A stretch of DNA of 64,000 bases. Source: Salpingoeca rosetta. Taxonomy: Eukaryota; Protista; Choanoflagellata. Position 1 is the first letter of the stretch. Every line of letters begins with the position of its first letter. A program made the position numbers and the translations under genes. Of the stretch, positions 1-13,111 are shown in pieces. Under the pieces are notes generated by a model that was given only the letters and a program-made list of their open reading frames with translations, was not told where the DNA came from and searched no databases. The stretch lies in assembly GCA_033442325.1 (NCBI GenBank), contig JAWQFM010000013.1, forward strand, positions 1,267,065 to 1,331,064, written 5' to 3'.

Positions 1-2159
1 GTGGAATGCCACTGGCGATGCTGGATGTGGACGGCGACGCTGATGACCATGATGCCAACGACAGCGGCGAGGAGGACACAGCCGCCGACAACGAACGCAC
101 CACCGGCCAGTCGACAGCCGGTGGTGTTGTGCCATCGTCGCAAGCGCGTACCGTTGCTCGGGGAGCCGGCGCTTCCACGTCAGAATCAGCGGTGGCCAAT
201 ACACCAGCGACACAAGCGACAACAGCTAGTACAGCAGCTGGTGCGGCAACCAAGGCAGAGGTGACGTACACACGTGCGGGCGCCCCGTGCGAGCCGTTGC
301 CTGCAGGCACGAAGGTGTTGAGGACGCTGAGCGCAGCGGTGCGGGAGCAGCCCGCGCCACAGGCGACCGCGGCGGCATTTTATTCACTGCTGCAGCCATA
401 CACGTTTCTGTCGGAGGACGGCAAGGTGACCTGTCCATTGGGGATGAGTGTTGACTTTGAACCTCCGGCGCACCTTCCTGAGGACCGGATTCGCCATCCG
501 CGCGACATGCGTGGTCCTGCCATTGTTTCGCACGACCACACGTGGCGCATGGCGTTTTGCCCGTCCTTCTTTGCCGCAGAGAAGGACCAAACGGACACAG
601 CAACACCACAAGCCGCCACGGACAAGAAATCCCAGGTGTGTGTGTGTGTGCATGTGCGTGTACTTGTGTGTGTACATGTACGTGTGTGTGTACATGTGTG
701 GGTGTGTGCCGTGTGTACATGTGCGTTTGCGTTTTATGTTGTTGAATCACCTGCAGCCCCATGTGCCCTCACCGCCTTTCGTCACACAACCCCCTCCCCG
801 GCTCTCTTTTTCTCCAATTGTGTCCCAACGACCATTATTGGCCAGCAGCCGGCGCCGCGTGCGCGTGCAAAGGAGCTGGGGCAGCAGCTCGATGCTGTGG
901 CCAGCAGCAAGAAGGCCGACCGCGTAAGCACAACGACAGCACCAGCGACCACACCAAAGGCGGCCACTGCTACAAAGGCGGCAGCAGCGACTGCTTCTAC
1001 GGCAGCACCACCGCCGGAGAAGGCGGCGCACCATGGCGGCCACGGCCGCCACCATCACCATCACCACCACAAGCATGCGCACACCCACCATGCGCACCAC
1101 GGTCATCACCAGGCTGGCCACAAGCACCACAGCACCTCCAGCGCCTCTGGCTCGCCAACCCCAAAGCCCAAGCCAAAGCCCAAACCCAAGGCAAAGGCGC
1201 CAGCGCCGAAACCAAAGCCAACCAAGCCGCTCCCACCAACCCCTGCCTCAACAGCAACGGCAACAGTAGCAGCGACAAGAAAAGGGACGGGCAAGCGGGG
1301 TACCCAGTCGCCAGCCACGGCAGCGAAGCCAGCCGTGCAGGCCAAACCAACAGCAACAAGGGCTGGCGGGGCGCATCGCTCGCCCGTTCGTAGCGCTCGG
1401 AGTCACACCACAACTGCAGCGGTGAGCCCAAGCAGACGCAAGGCAGCGGCAGCCGCCGCCACAACAACAAACACCGCATCCTCCTCCTCGTCGTCGTCGT
1501 CAACGGGTGCAAGTGGGAGGAATGAGGCGCACAAGCAGCGCAGCAACAGCATGACAGGGCACCGCCCACGTGCTGTTGCGGCCTCACGCCACCACCGGCC
1601 CGCACTCAAGCGCAAGCCAACCGAAGGCTCGCTGGTGGCAGCACGCATCAACGCCGCGCTGGCAAAGACGGGCGGTGGTGATGATGATGATCACGGCACA
1701 AATGTTGATGGTACTGATGTTGTGCGGGATGTGAAGAAGAACAACGGGGATGCATCGACAGCTGTTGCCACGTCGAAGGCACCAGCAAACAAGCCCAAAC
1801 AACGCACCAAATACGTGCCGGTAAGGTAACGCGTGTTGTGTGTGTGTGTGTGTGTGGTGCGCGCGTGTGTGTGTGTGTGTGTGTGTGGTGCGTGTGTGTG
1901 TGTGTGTGTGTGGTGCGTGTGTGTTATTTTTTTGTGTGTGTGCTTGCGTGTGCGTGCTTGCGTGGTGTTCTCCTTTTCTTGTGTCAGTTGAAGTGCACAT
2001 CGTGATGGGGTTCATCTTACAACCCACCATGTAATTCACACCGTCTTACACCTGCGCCAACAGCCTGATGTGAACCCGCAGGAACTGAAGAAGGAGGCAA
2101 CCGTTGAAGATACACAGGCTCGACTCTCAGACTTGCAGTTTAACTTCTCCTTTTCGTGA
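1..2159 (+). CDS. 3' part of an uncharacterised low-complexity protein (His-rich and PK-repeat segments); gene starts upstream of the window
   Basis: Open frame from the window start. Introns at about 636-846 and 1821-2063 (ccg|gtaagg...caacag|cct). The last exon reads PDVNPQELKKEATVEDTQARLSDLQFNFSFS* with the stop at 2157-2159. No recognisable domain. Confidence 0.6.
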
Positions 2160-2563
2160 TTCAAAACAACTTGTTTGTTCTGTTACTCCTGTTAGTTGGT
2201 GCGTATGTGTGTGTGTGTGGAATGGGAGAGGGAGTTTGTGTGTGTGTGTGTGTGTGTTTGTACGTGTGTGTGTGTGTGTGTGTGTGTTGGTGCGTACGTG
2301 TGTGGGAGAGAGAAATAGAGAGAGAGGCAGCTTGTGTGAGTGTGTGTGAGTGCGCGAACAGCGTTATTCTTCTTCTTGTTGTGTTGATCGCGCACTGTCT
2401 GTGAGACGAAAGATCGTTTCTCATTGTTTGCCCTTCTTTGTTGGATACACCATGATGGTAGCAAGCTTTGCGATGCATTTTGTTTTGCTGGAGAGTTCTC
2501 TCCATGTGCGTGAGTGTGTAAGCGATACGCACGCACAGACAGACAGACAGACACACACACACA

Positions 2564-2664
<101 letters not shown>

Positions 2665-2754
2665 CAGACTCAAATTGTTGGCGGCCGCACACCTCTAACC
2701 ACACATCATAAAAAGTAGCCAGAGATATTTGCGGCCCCGAATGTTTGCTGGCAT

Positions 2755-2769
2755 CTTCGAGAATATTCT
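2755..2769. promoter_or_regulatory. Candidate heat-shock element (nTTCnnGAAnnTTCn)
   Basis: cTTCgaGAAtaTTCt is a perfect three-unit HSE in the intergenic region about 500 bp upstream of the TCP11 ATG. Confidence 0.3.
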
Positions 2770-3273
2770 GTGTATTTTAAGAAAGGCCCCATTTTCTTCG
2801 TTCTTGCGCTTCGCGTCTCGCGCGGTTTCGTTTTTGTTTGGATTTCTCTCGCCTTTTGCTCTCTCTCTTGTTGTGTTGTTGGAAGGACCACGTTGCTGCA
2901 GCACCATCAACACCAGCCAGCATGCAGCATTTTCCCTCTGCATGTCTACCCACCTTTCCACGACAGGCGAAGCAAGCCCCATCTGTTCACGCCAATCGTT
3001 CACACACACAATCGTTCACACACACAACCCTCTCCACCTCGAAAAGTCAAGCAAGCCAAGCGCTCTCAAGTCATTGATTGTTTACATTTCTTCTGAACCA
3101 GTCAGCTCTCTGAAGCTCGAAGACCACTTCACATTCCACACTCCTCATCTCCTCATCTCCTCAGAGCCAACTGTACCTCCACTTACTTGTCAAACAAACA
3201 CAAGCAAAGAAGCAACCCAGAGGACATCCATCAACCTACTCCATCCACAACGTCGCACAGACGACGAACCACA

Positions 3274-5567
3274 ATGCGCAAGGACGAGAAGACCAAGGCC
3301 ATGAGCCGGGCATGGAGCGTGGACGCTCCCGAGCTCACGGTCTCTACACGAAAGCCCCACAACGTCGCAGAGCGCTTTGCAAGGCATGTATGGCTGCTTT
3401 GGCGCGTCTGCCACCTTGCGCAGACGACTTGCCTGTTTGTTTGTGCACTTGCCAGGGGCTTGCTTGACCCATTTTCTTGTGGTTTCGTGCATCCAGTCGT
3501 TGGATGGCGGGTTGGTTTCGTGTCGATGACTACAGGAGGAACCATGCTCACTAACTGCTCTCGCCTTGCGTTTGTATGCGCGCATGCATTGGTGTATGCA
3601 GGAAACCAGAGCCGTTGACCATGCCAGCGCTTGCGGTCAAGACGCGGCGGGCTGAGCGTCGCCGCCAGCACCGCCTGCGCGACAGACAGCAGCGTGCAAA
3701 GCGCACGGACACCAAGGGTCGCGTGGAGTCGCACAAGCGCCTGCTGAAGCAGGAGCAGGCGCAACGGGCCTCCGCGCTAGCCATGCTGCTTGACTCCGCA
3801 GCACAACGCCGCCAGCAGTTGCTGGACCAGAAGCGCGCCAAGTGCGCCATGCACCTGGATAAGGCCCAGGCCGTGCGCAAGCAGCAGGAAACGGCCCAGG
3901 AGCAGTGGCGCGCACACTGCGCCCACCGCCTGCTGCAAAAAGCGAAAACCGCCCGTCGCCTGACCACAAGGTGTGTGCTTCTTGTTTCGGTGTTGTTGGG
4001 CTCGGCTGCGTCGCTGCGTGTTTCTGAAAGGGAACTGTTGCACTGGTTTGCATGCGTGCATCTGTGCGGGTTTCTTTTTGTGTGTGTGTGTGTGTGCGTT
4101 GCGCGTTGGGACATTCACATTGACACTTGGACGCTCACACTCGTTCGCATGCTTCGTTCGCATGCTAACACACATATTCACACACACACGCACATGCACA
4201 CACACGCATGCACACACACACACATACACACACATTCACGCCCCCAAACGCTCGACAGCAAAGACTTGGCGGCCACGCGCATCCAGCAGTGGTTTCGCGT
4301 GCAGACGCTGGTGCAGGCGTGCAAGCGGCTGCAGACACAGGCCATTCTGCAGGAGGAACAAGGCAGCGAGGCGCCGAGCTTTGAGACGGTCACGCGTGAG
4401 ATTCAGGACGAGCAGGTGTTGAGCGATGTGGAGCACATCCTGCACGTGCTCGCCCTGCCAAAGGCCAAGAAGGCCGCCGCTGCCGCCGCCGCCGCAGCAG
4501 CAGCAACAGCAAGCAAGACCACGACGACAACAACAGTTTCAGCAACACCAACAGAAACAGCAGCTGACCAGGCAAAGGAGGCGTCATCGAAGAAGCCGAC
4601 AGTGGCTGAGACAACTTCAACACCGCCGCAATCGCGCAAGCGCAGCGCGTCCAAAGCAGGGAGGGGCGCAGACACGGATGCAGACAGCGCAGCGACGCGC
4701 CAGAAGAAGGCGCTGAGATGGCGCGTGCGTATCGTGCTGTCGGCCTTCCTCATCACCCATCACCGCGAGGCCGTGCTGATGACGAGGGATGATGCCATGG
4801 AGCGTCATCTCTTCGACTGCGCATCCACACTCGTTGCCACGTGCGTTGTCGAGGGCAATATGAGAGAGAGCGTGTGTATGCATGTGTGTACATGTGCGTG
4901 CATATGTGTGCGTGTGTGTTTGTGAGCGTGTTTGTGAGCGTATGCAAATGTGTGTATGCATGTGTGTGCATGAATGCGTGTGGGCATGTGTGTCAGTCAT
5001 CGTGCTACCTACTCGCTCATGTGACCCCACTCTTACGTCCCCCTTTATCGCTCCTCTCTTTGCTCGTGTCTCCACAGATTCCGCCGCTGGCTGCAGCATG
5101 TGGTTGACGCCGGCCACCGCGCGCGAAAGTATGCGCACATTGCCGACAGTGAGCTGACACGCGCCATTCGGCACCACGTGCGCGCATTCCAGGCGTGGCA
5201 GTCCAAGGACCTTGACTCCCTGGCGCAGAGCCTTGTGGATCATTACAAGGAGCTGCTCAGCCTCAAGTCTGCCGTCGGTCGCCACAAGCGCTCCCGCAGC
5301 GAATGGCACCCGCACATCGACGACCAGCTGACGGTGTGTGCCTGCATGAGAGAGGGAGAATGGCGTGTATGTGTGTGTGTGTGTGTTGTGTGTCTGTGTG
5401 TGTCTGTGTTGTGTGTCTGTGTGTGTCTGTGTGTGTCTGTGTGTCTGTGTGTCTGTGTGTCTGTGTGTCTGTGTGTCTGCACGCCTGGCGGTCTGCAAGT
5501 CTCATCGCCGCCTTGCCCACCCAGCCTTTTCATCACCCCACCTTCTCGCGTAAGTTCCATCGACTCA

Positions 5568-5643
<76 letters not shown>

Positions 5644-7283
5644 TTACGCACTTACGCACGCAGATGATTGAAACGCGCATGGAGTCTTTGGGTGCACAGG
5701 AGAAATTGCACGAGTGTTTGGCAGCAAAGGAAACACACATTCAGCGCCAGGAAGAGTATGTTGGCACTCTCGTGGTCGTATTGTCTTGCGTGCGTGCGTG
5801 TGTGTGTGTGTGCGTGCGCTGCAATGCATGTGTGCACATATCCTTTTCATGCTTACTTAACATACACTCACACACACCCACACACTCACACATACAATAC
5901 CTCCCTTCCAATGCACACACCAACCACCTTCTCCTTTGTCAGGCGGCGCCGTGCTGCTGCGCGCGCAAAGGCGACGGTGATCGGGACCCGTGACAGCGCG
6001 GACACGACGCCAAAGCCAACCAGCCCCGAGCACGCTGCCCACCGCGAACGCATCGAGCAGACGACGACAGCAAGTAGCGCAGCGGCGTCCATGGCCACAA
6101 GCGGTGCGGGTTCATCTGCAGGCAGCAGGAGCACCAGCACAAGCAGCTCCGAGCATGACGGCAACGGCGACGGCCGTAGCAGTGATCAAGACAGCAGCAC
6201 AGGTGCCATGAAGCAGGACAGCGAGGATGAAGACAAGCATCATGAACGCCCGTCGACACCACCATCACCATCAACCACGAGAAAGCCGGCAGCACCCGCC
6301 TCCGAGAGTGGCAGTGAAGGCAGCGATGCTGAGGATGCGGACGCAGCAATGGCGAAACAGCTGGCAGCATCGTGGGATCTCGACTTCCTGCACAACGTGT
6401 GCGTCGACCCGACATTCCGCTTGACCAGCGACCGCGAGCTGCGGTTCTATCACGAAGAGTACCCGGCACACCCACCGGCACACGTGACCATCCCATCAGC
6501 GGCAGCAACAACAACAGCAGCAACAACAACAACTGGTGCACACGCGAATGGTCCACAGGGAGACATGGCATACCTTCGCCGTCGCATTGACTTCATCTCC
6601 CGCAAGGCGCTCATGGATCAGCTACAGCAAGAACTGGAGGCCGATGGCTCTCCGGACGTGACGCGATGGGTTCCCATCCTGCGCGACCTTGTCGACCGGC
6701 TGTGTGCGGCCACGCTGCCACGCCAGCAGCGACTGCGCGACACGATTCGGGAGCAGATGGACGCGGAGAACACGGCGGCTGCCCTGCGTGATCGCTTCAT
6801 GACAGCTGATGATGTGAAGGCGTTTGTGCTCAAGTACATCAAGATGCTCGCGGCGCCCTCACGCGACGAGCGCGTCGCACAGGTGTGGATTGCTGTGTAT
6901 TGTTTTGCTGTTGTGTTTGAGAAGCGTTGTGTGTACTGTTGTGTGTGTGTGTGTATGTATTGTTGTGCGTGCATTGTTGTGTGTGTGTGTGTGGTTGAAA
7001 TCGTTTCAGGTGTGGTTCTCACCATCGACTCATGTTTCATTCATGCCCTTTCAACACACGCACACACACACACACTCTCTCTCTCTCTCACACCGTCATT
7101 TGTCCATGCTCTCCTTCGTTTTCCTCCCCGCCCGGCGAAACAGCTTGAGGCGTCCGGCAGCACTGCGGAGTTTCTGTTCAATGCATTTGCGCTTTTGGAA
7201 GCAATGCAACTCGATCTTGCCAACTACATCCTCGAGACATACCGGCCTCTCATCCTCAAGGTAGCCAACCGCACTTGCATGTC

Positions 7284-7327
<44 letters not shown>

Positions 7328-9495
7328 GTGCTGTGTGTTTGGTGTTATCCACTCATACGTTTGGTGTTGCCATTGCAATATAGTCACTCCTGCATGCCAT
7401 CGCTCACCATCCCCCAAACTCACCATCACCATCACCATCACCATCACCATCACCATCACCATCCCATACCGCACCACCAGTACGGCGCCCAGCTTGAGCG
7501 GGATCGCATCCAATCTCTCGTCTTCTCTGGCGCCCTCACCTTCGACAACACGGAGAAGTGGCTCGCAGCCGCTGTCAGGTACGGCCACCGCGATCGTTCT
7601 TTGCTGCTGCAATGCTGTGTTGTTGAGCTATTCTTGGTGTGACGGTGGCATTGTTCCCATGTTATGTCATCGTGGTTGCGCTGTTCCACACAGGCTTGCA
7701 CACCCAAACCTGCACCCACAAACACAGACACACACACACGCATACATTCACTGAACATGTGTCTGCTTATTCTCACCGCGCCCGCAACACCTGTCTTTGC
7801 TCTCGCCTGGCTATACAGTGAGGCTGGTGTGTGTGCAAGCGAGCCCTATGTGGCGGCGACAACAAACACGCTCGAGTCAACAGCAGAGGCGGCCCAGAAG
7901 ATGACGTTTTCCGAACACTTTTTCGTGGCAACAGAGCGGCTGCTCTTCTCAAAGGAGTGCGACGATGCCTTTCCAGAGACGCTCGTGGTGCGTGCGTGCG
8001 TGTGTGTGTGTGTTTGTGTGTGTTTGTGTTTGTGTGTGTGTGTGTGTGTGTGCGTGTGTATGTGTGTGTGTGTATGTGTGTGTATATGTGTGTGCGTGTG
8101 CGTGTGCGTGTGTGCGCGCGTGTGTGTGTGCGTGCGTGTGTATGTGTATGTGTTACTTTGATTGCGATGTTGTGTGCATGTGTGCGTGCGTGTGTGCTCA
8201 AGTTGCACCTTGTGTGCTTCGTTGTATCGTCCTCTTCATCCTCACAACTTCACCCCCTCCCTACTGTCCTCACCAACATAAATCTCTCTTGTTCTCCCCC
8301 ACCCCCTCTTCATTCCATTGCCAGGCGGATCAACCGCTCATCACAACAGCGCGGCAGGAGCTGAGTGCAATAGCACACACGTGCGCACTGTACACTCTCA
8401 TTTCACACAAGGTGCACCGCATCAAGCACAACCAGGACATTGCAAAGGTGCGCTCATCGCTGTGTTGTGACCCTGGTACTCATGCGTTGTTGTGTCATCA
8501 CCTCCATGTACCGCTGTTCTTCTTTCCACAATTTCAACAACAGCCCCTGCCACCGCCTTTGCTTGCCTTCACACGCCGTGTTGTTCCGCCCTCTCATTCC
8601 CCACACACCCATCGCATCCCCTCATCATCGCCACACACTCGTCACCACACACTCGTCACCTCACGCACCAACGTTTCCACGCGTACAGGAGTTCCGGGAG
8701 CTGATGCTAGGCGCGTTCATGACCGAGGGATGGACGAATGGTCTCGATGATTCATCGCACCGCCGCATGTGCACGTTTGCCATCAGCGCCATCAACAAAC
8801 ACCTGCAGCCCAAACTCACGCAAGAGGAGGAGGCCCGCATCCGAGGTGTGTGTGTCTGTGTGTCTGTCTGTCTGTCTGTGTCTGTCTGCCTGTGTGTCTG
8901 CCTATGTGTGTGTGTCCGTCTGTGTCTGTGTGTGTGTGTGTGTCTGTGTCTGTGTCTGTGTCTGTGCGTGTCTGTCTGTGTGTGTGTGTCTGTGTGTGTG
9001 TCTGTGCGTGTTTGAATTGAAGAAGGGCTGTGGTTTTCACTGTGTCCTCGTCTCACCTTCCATTTATCCTCCTTCCGGTTCCCCCCTCTCTCTATCTCTG
9101 TGTGTGTCTCTCTTTTGTCGCTCTGCATTCAGACGTGTGTCTCTCTTTTGTCGCTCTGCATTCAGACGAGCCGTTTGGCGCCGGCGCCCCCGTCCGCCCT
9201 CCTCACCAAGCGCGTGCGCGATGAATACCGCCGCGTCATCCGCGCACCATCTCCAACGCAGGCCGGCCTTCGCGCCAACAACGGCCTTGACCTGTGCAGC
9301 CCGCGCCTGCACGCCGTGTTCCTTCGCCTCGCACGTGCGTTTGACCACAACCGCCACGTGTACGCGGCCGTGTACGACGGCATCATTGCCAATGCGGTGC
9401 AGCCGCCATCACCAGCCTCAGCTGCCACAGCCTCGACAACAGCAGCAACAACAACGACAACAACAAAGGCGAATGACAAGGGCAGCGCCAACTGA
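3274..9495 (+). CDS. TCP11: T-complex protein 11 (Tcp11/SOK1) family protein, long form with N-terminal coiled coil and IQ-like motif; multi-exon
   Basis: Spliced exons give Tcp11 hallmarks: [43 protein letters not shown]...[45 protein letters not shown], and C-terminal [13 protein letters not shown]-like [10 protein letters not shown] near 4270-4300. Confidence 0.88.
9103..9168 (+). repeat. 33-bp tandem duplication covering a 3' splice site
   Basis: tgtgtctctcttttgtcgctctgcattcagacg occurs twice in tandem. Confidence 0.85.
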
Positions 9496-9737
9496 TGTGT
9501 TCGTGCTGATGCGCCTCTCTGCACTTGCTTGGCTGCGGGTTTTTCGTTTTGCTTTTGATTGTTCTCCTATGGGTGTGTGCTGTTGTGTGCTGCTGTGATT
9601 GTTCATACATTTCTGTTCACCTACGTGCTGTGCTGTTGAGTTTTCCCACTTGCCTGGTTTGATGGTTGCATGTCCTTGTTTTCCAACTCTCAAAGTGTGG
9701 TTGCTTAATCCCAATACAACGTAACGAGAGGACAGGA

Positions 9738-9802
9738 GAAGAGAAGAAAAGAGAAGAGAAGAGAAGAGAAGAGAAGAGAAGAGAAGAGAAGAGAAGAGAA
9801 GA
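9738..9802. repeat. (GAAGA)n microsatellite between convergent genes
   Basis: Run of gaaga/agaag units. Confidence 0.9.
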
Positions 9803-10097
9803 GCAGCAAATCTGGTGCGAATACGATAGAATGGAGGGGGGAGGGGGCAGGGTCGCATGTGCGCATTGGCTGAAACCGGCAACCAAGACACACGCAGCTA
9901 CTGTGACCGCGGCATTAACACACGAAAAGAAAGATGTTCGCGCACGCACATGCACAACTGCACATACACACACACGCACGTGAATACATGAACACATGCA
10001 CAACTGCACACAAACACACATGCCCATGCACACACACACACACAACTGTGCGCACACACGCACACACACATGCAAACGCACACATCCAGCACGATTG

Positions 10098-11229
10098 TCA
10101 GACGCGGGAAGAGGAGGAGAGGGAGCTGTCAAACGTTGGGTTGAGACCAGAGAATATGGACATGTTGGTGTCGCCGCCGCCGCCGCCGCTGCCGCCACTT
10201 TGCTGCTGCATCGTGTAGCGATCAGAGGGTCGACGCGCACACTTGCACGCAATTACGCTGCCGATAATGGTGAGGACCAGGGCACCAGCGGAGGCAATGA
10301 TCGCATACATGAGCCGGTTCGAGCTGCCGTTGTCATCTGGCGGTGTCTCCATCCCTTCGCTTGGCTCAGGCAGCGCCGTCACCGTGACACTGCCGCTTGC
10401 CTGAAGCGACAGCCGCAGTGACGACAGCAGGCGTTCGCTCACCATCGCCTCCGTCACAGTTTGCTCACACCCACACCCGGCTGGCAACCCCACGATGTAG
10501 CGCACCTCTACCCCTGCGACAGCGCCCTGGCCCTCGTCATCATCGCCATCGCCTGCACCGCTGTCTGCCGTGCGTGTGGTCGACACAACATATGCCACAG
10601 ACACGGCCGTGGAAGGCACGCCCGTGATACGCGCCACCACGGACAGAAACCGCGGGCTGGCGGCCTGGAAGGCGTCCTCACTCAGCCCAGGCACAAACAG
10701 CGTCGAAGCCAAGTAGCCGCTCAACGTCGCTACGCTGCTGGTACTCGTGGTGGTCATCACCAACGGCGTGGTGCTCGCTCCAATGGCGGTGGTGGTGGTC
10801 GTCGTCGTGCTGCCGGCATCTGCTGCTGTCGACGACGAACTTGCGGTACTGAAGCTACCATGCCCAGAGCCAGACCCCGTCATCGTGGACGTGGTCGACG
10901 GATCCATAGTCCTGTAGTCAAGACATTGAAGAGAAGCGCATGGCAATGGCACGCGAGAAAACGAACAAAAGCATGTGCGGGCGATAATGAGTGAGCTCGG
11001 CAGGAACAAAAGTACCACACAGCACAAGGGACAAAAGTCAACAACACAAACAAAAGGGGTGCATCACACGAACTCCCAACACCAACACCAGTACATCAAA
11101 AACACACACGTGTTAAAGAAAGACTTGGACATACTGTGCCATGGTCGTTGTCGGTGTTGAAACTACGGCAGCAGCAGCAACGACGGCCATCACCACAGCC
11201 CAGCCCAAGGAGGGGCGCGTCATCGGCAT
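10098..11229 (-). CDS. Type I membrane protein: signal peptide, Ser/Thr mucin-like stalk, SEA-like module, one TM helix, cytoplasmic NPTF and C-terminal PDZ ligand (SRV)
   Basis: Exon 1 (11229-11135) reads MPMTRPSLGWAVVMAVVAAAAVVSTPTTTMAQ. A phase-2 intron (ca|gtatgt...ctacag|g) joins it in frame to exon 2 (10911-10098). TM helix LMYAIIASAGALVLTIIGSVIAC; protein ends GLNPTFDSSLSSSSRV*. Confidence 0.75.
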
Positions 11230-11365
11230 CGTCTCGCGCACTGTAGAAAAATATTTGAAATCATTGCCAAACACCAAAATTTCTGCCGCCTCAAATTCAA
11301 ATCCGGCTGTCTGCACGTCAACAAGGAGCACACACGCACCACGCACCCAACGTCTGCCGCCGACC

Positions 11366-12171
11366 ATGACGTCGAACACATATGAGTTTGATGCGCCGCA
11401 GTGGTTTGACCTGGGCCACTCCCACGTTTACAAGTGAGTAGCAAGGTGTTAGTCAGTAGGTGCTGTGCTTTGGCTGGTGCCTGTGGTCATCAGGAATGAA
11501 GGAACACAAGCAAGCAAAGAAGAATGAATGGACATGCACGATTGTCTTCATCACCTCACTCTACACTGTATGCGCCACATGTCGCACTGTTCCCCCCCCC
11601 CTCTCTCTTAACCTGTCGTTCAAAGGGATGAGCATCATGACTGGTTTCGACATCCACATGCCAGCCACGAGAGTGAGTTGTCCAAACACGAGACGGTATT
11701 GGAAGTGCCGTCGACTCTCCCACGCACATGCATGCGCTGACGATTGCATCTGCTTGTGCTCGTGCTGTGCGCTTCGTTAATTGCAGCTGACACAAAGGTC
11801 ACAAGCATGTCCGCCCTCATCTCACCACACACTCTTTCATACCTCAATTCACCTCGTTCCATCCCAACTCCGCTCCACTCTCATCTCTCATGTCAGAGGG
11901 AGCACAGCTTGGCCAATCACAGCGGACGCAGCGGGCACGGAGAAGAACGTCGCTCGGGCTTGGGTTGCGCAGCGCAGATGTGGAGGCACGGCGTGCGCGG
12001 CGAACGAGCGTTCGCACCGCTACACTCTCAACCACCGCCACCCTTAACAGCACACAATCTGGCGAAGCCTTGCAGCCATCTGCAGCACCCACGGCACATG
12101 TCGTGACGCGGGGTGTAACTAATACACCTGACAATGACGACCTGATTCAACAGGAACTGGCAAGATTACAC

Positions 12172-12203
<32 letters not shown>

Positions 12204-13062
12204 GCAGCACCAAGAATATGAGCAGGGCGCACAAAGTAGCAGCAACACGCCGCCAGCAGCAGAGCGTTCCCAGCCATCACACATGAACCAAATCCGTCGT
12301 CAAGCGACAAACAACTGCCCAGCAGCGTCCCCAGCAAGAACAGCTACGAAACGCGTGGACTCTCGCGTGCTCCGCGCTGTGCGTGAGAGTCTGTCTGGCC
12401 CTGACTCTCCTCTCCGGGCCATGCGGTCAAGGCTCGCGCTTGCAGCCGCCATTTCGTCAGCTCGCGGGTCTCCGGCTGACCAACCGGACGCTGCGCCCTC
12501 ATCACCGTCACCACCACAGTTTCCCGCTTCGTCATCTCCGCCGCTTGCGCCAGCCACAAGCGCCACAACAACAACAACATCAAGCGCAAGCGTGGCGTTG
12601 TCATCATCACAGCTATCAAGACGCGCTGCGAGCGATGCTGCTGCTGTGAACAAGGCGTCGCGTCGGCAGCGGCGGTCTCTTGTCGCATCTGCACGCACAG
12701 TACTAAGCAAGAGCGGCGGCAGCACAGATGACACGAGCACGTCCACGTCACTGATGATGGCGGATGGCGCGCGCGCGCACGACAAGGAGAACACACACAG
12801 ACGCGTCAGCATCACGTCTGAGCGCACGCGCACGCTCAAACCTGACAGAGACAGGCAACGCACAACAGGCACTGCACTGAACAGTTCCACAACATCATCA
12901 TCGTCGCTTTCATCGGCAACATCCTCCACCATCACGAGCGCGAAGATGAGGCGGCGGTCGGGTTTCACGCGCGTTCCACTTGGCAGCGCCAGCACCAACG
13001 CAGCGGCAACGGCTGCCACGGCTTCCAGGGTAAGTTGGAAGCCCGCACCGAACCAGGACGCT

Positions 13063-13111
<49 letters not shown>

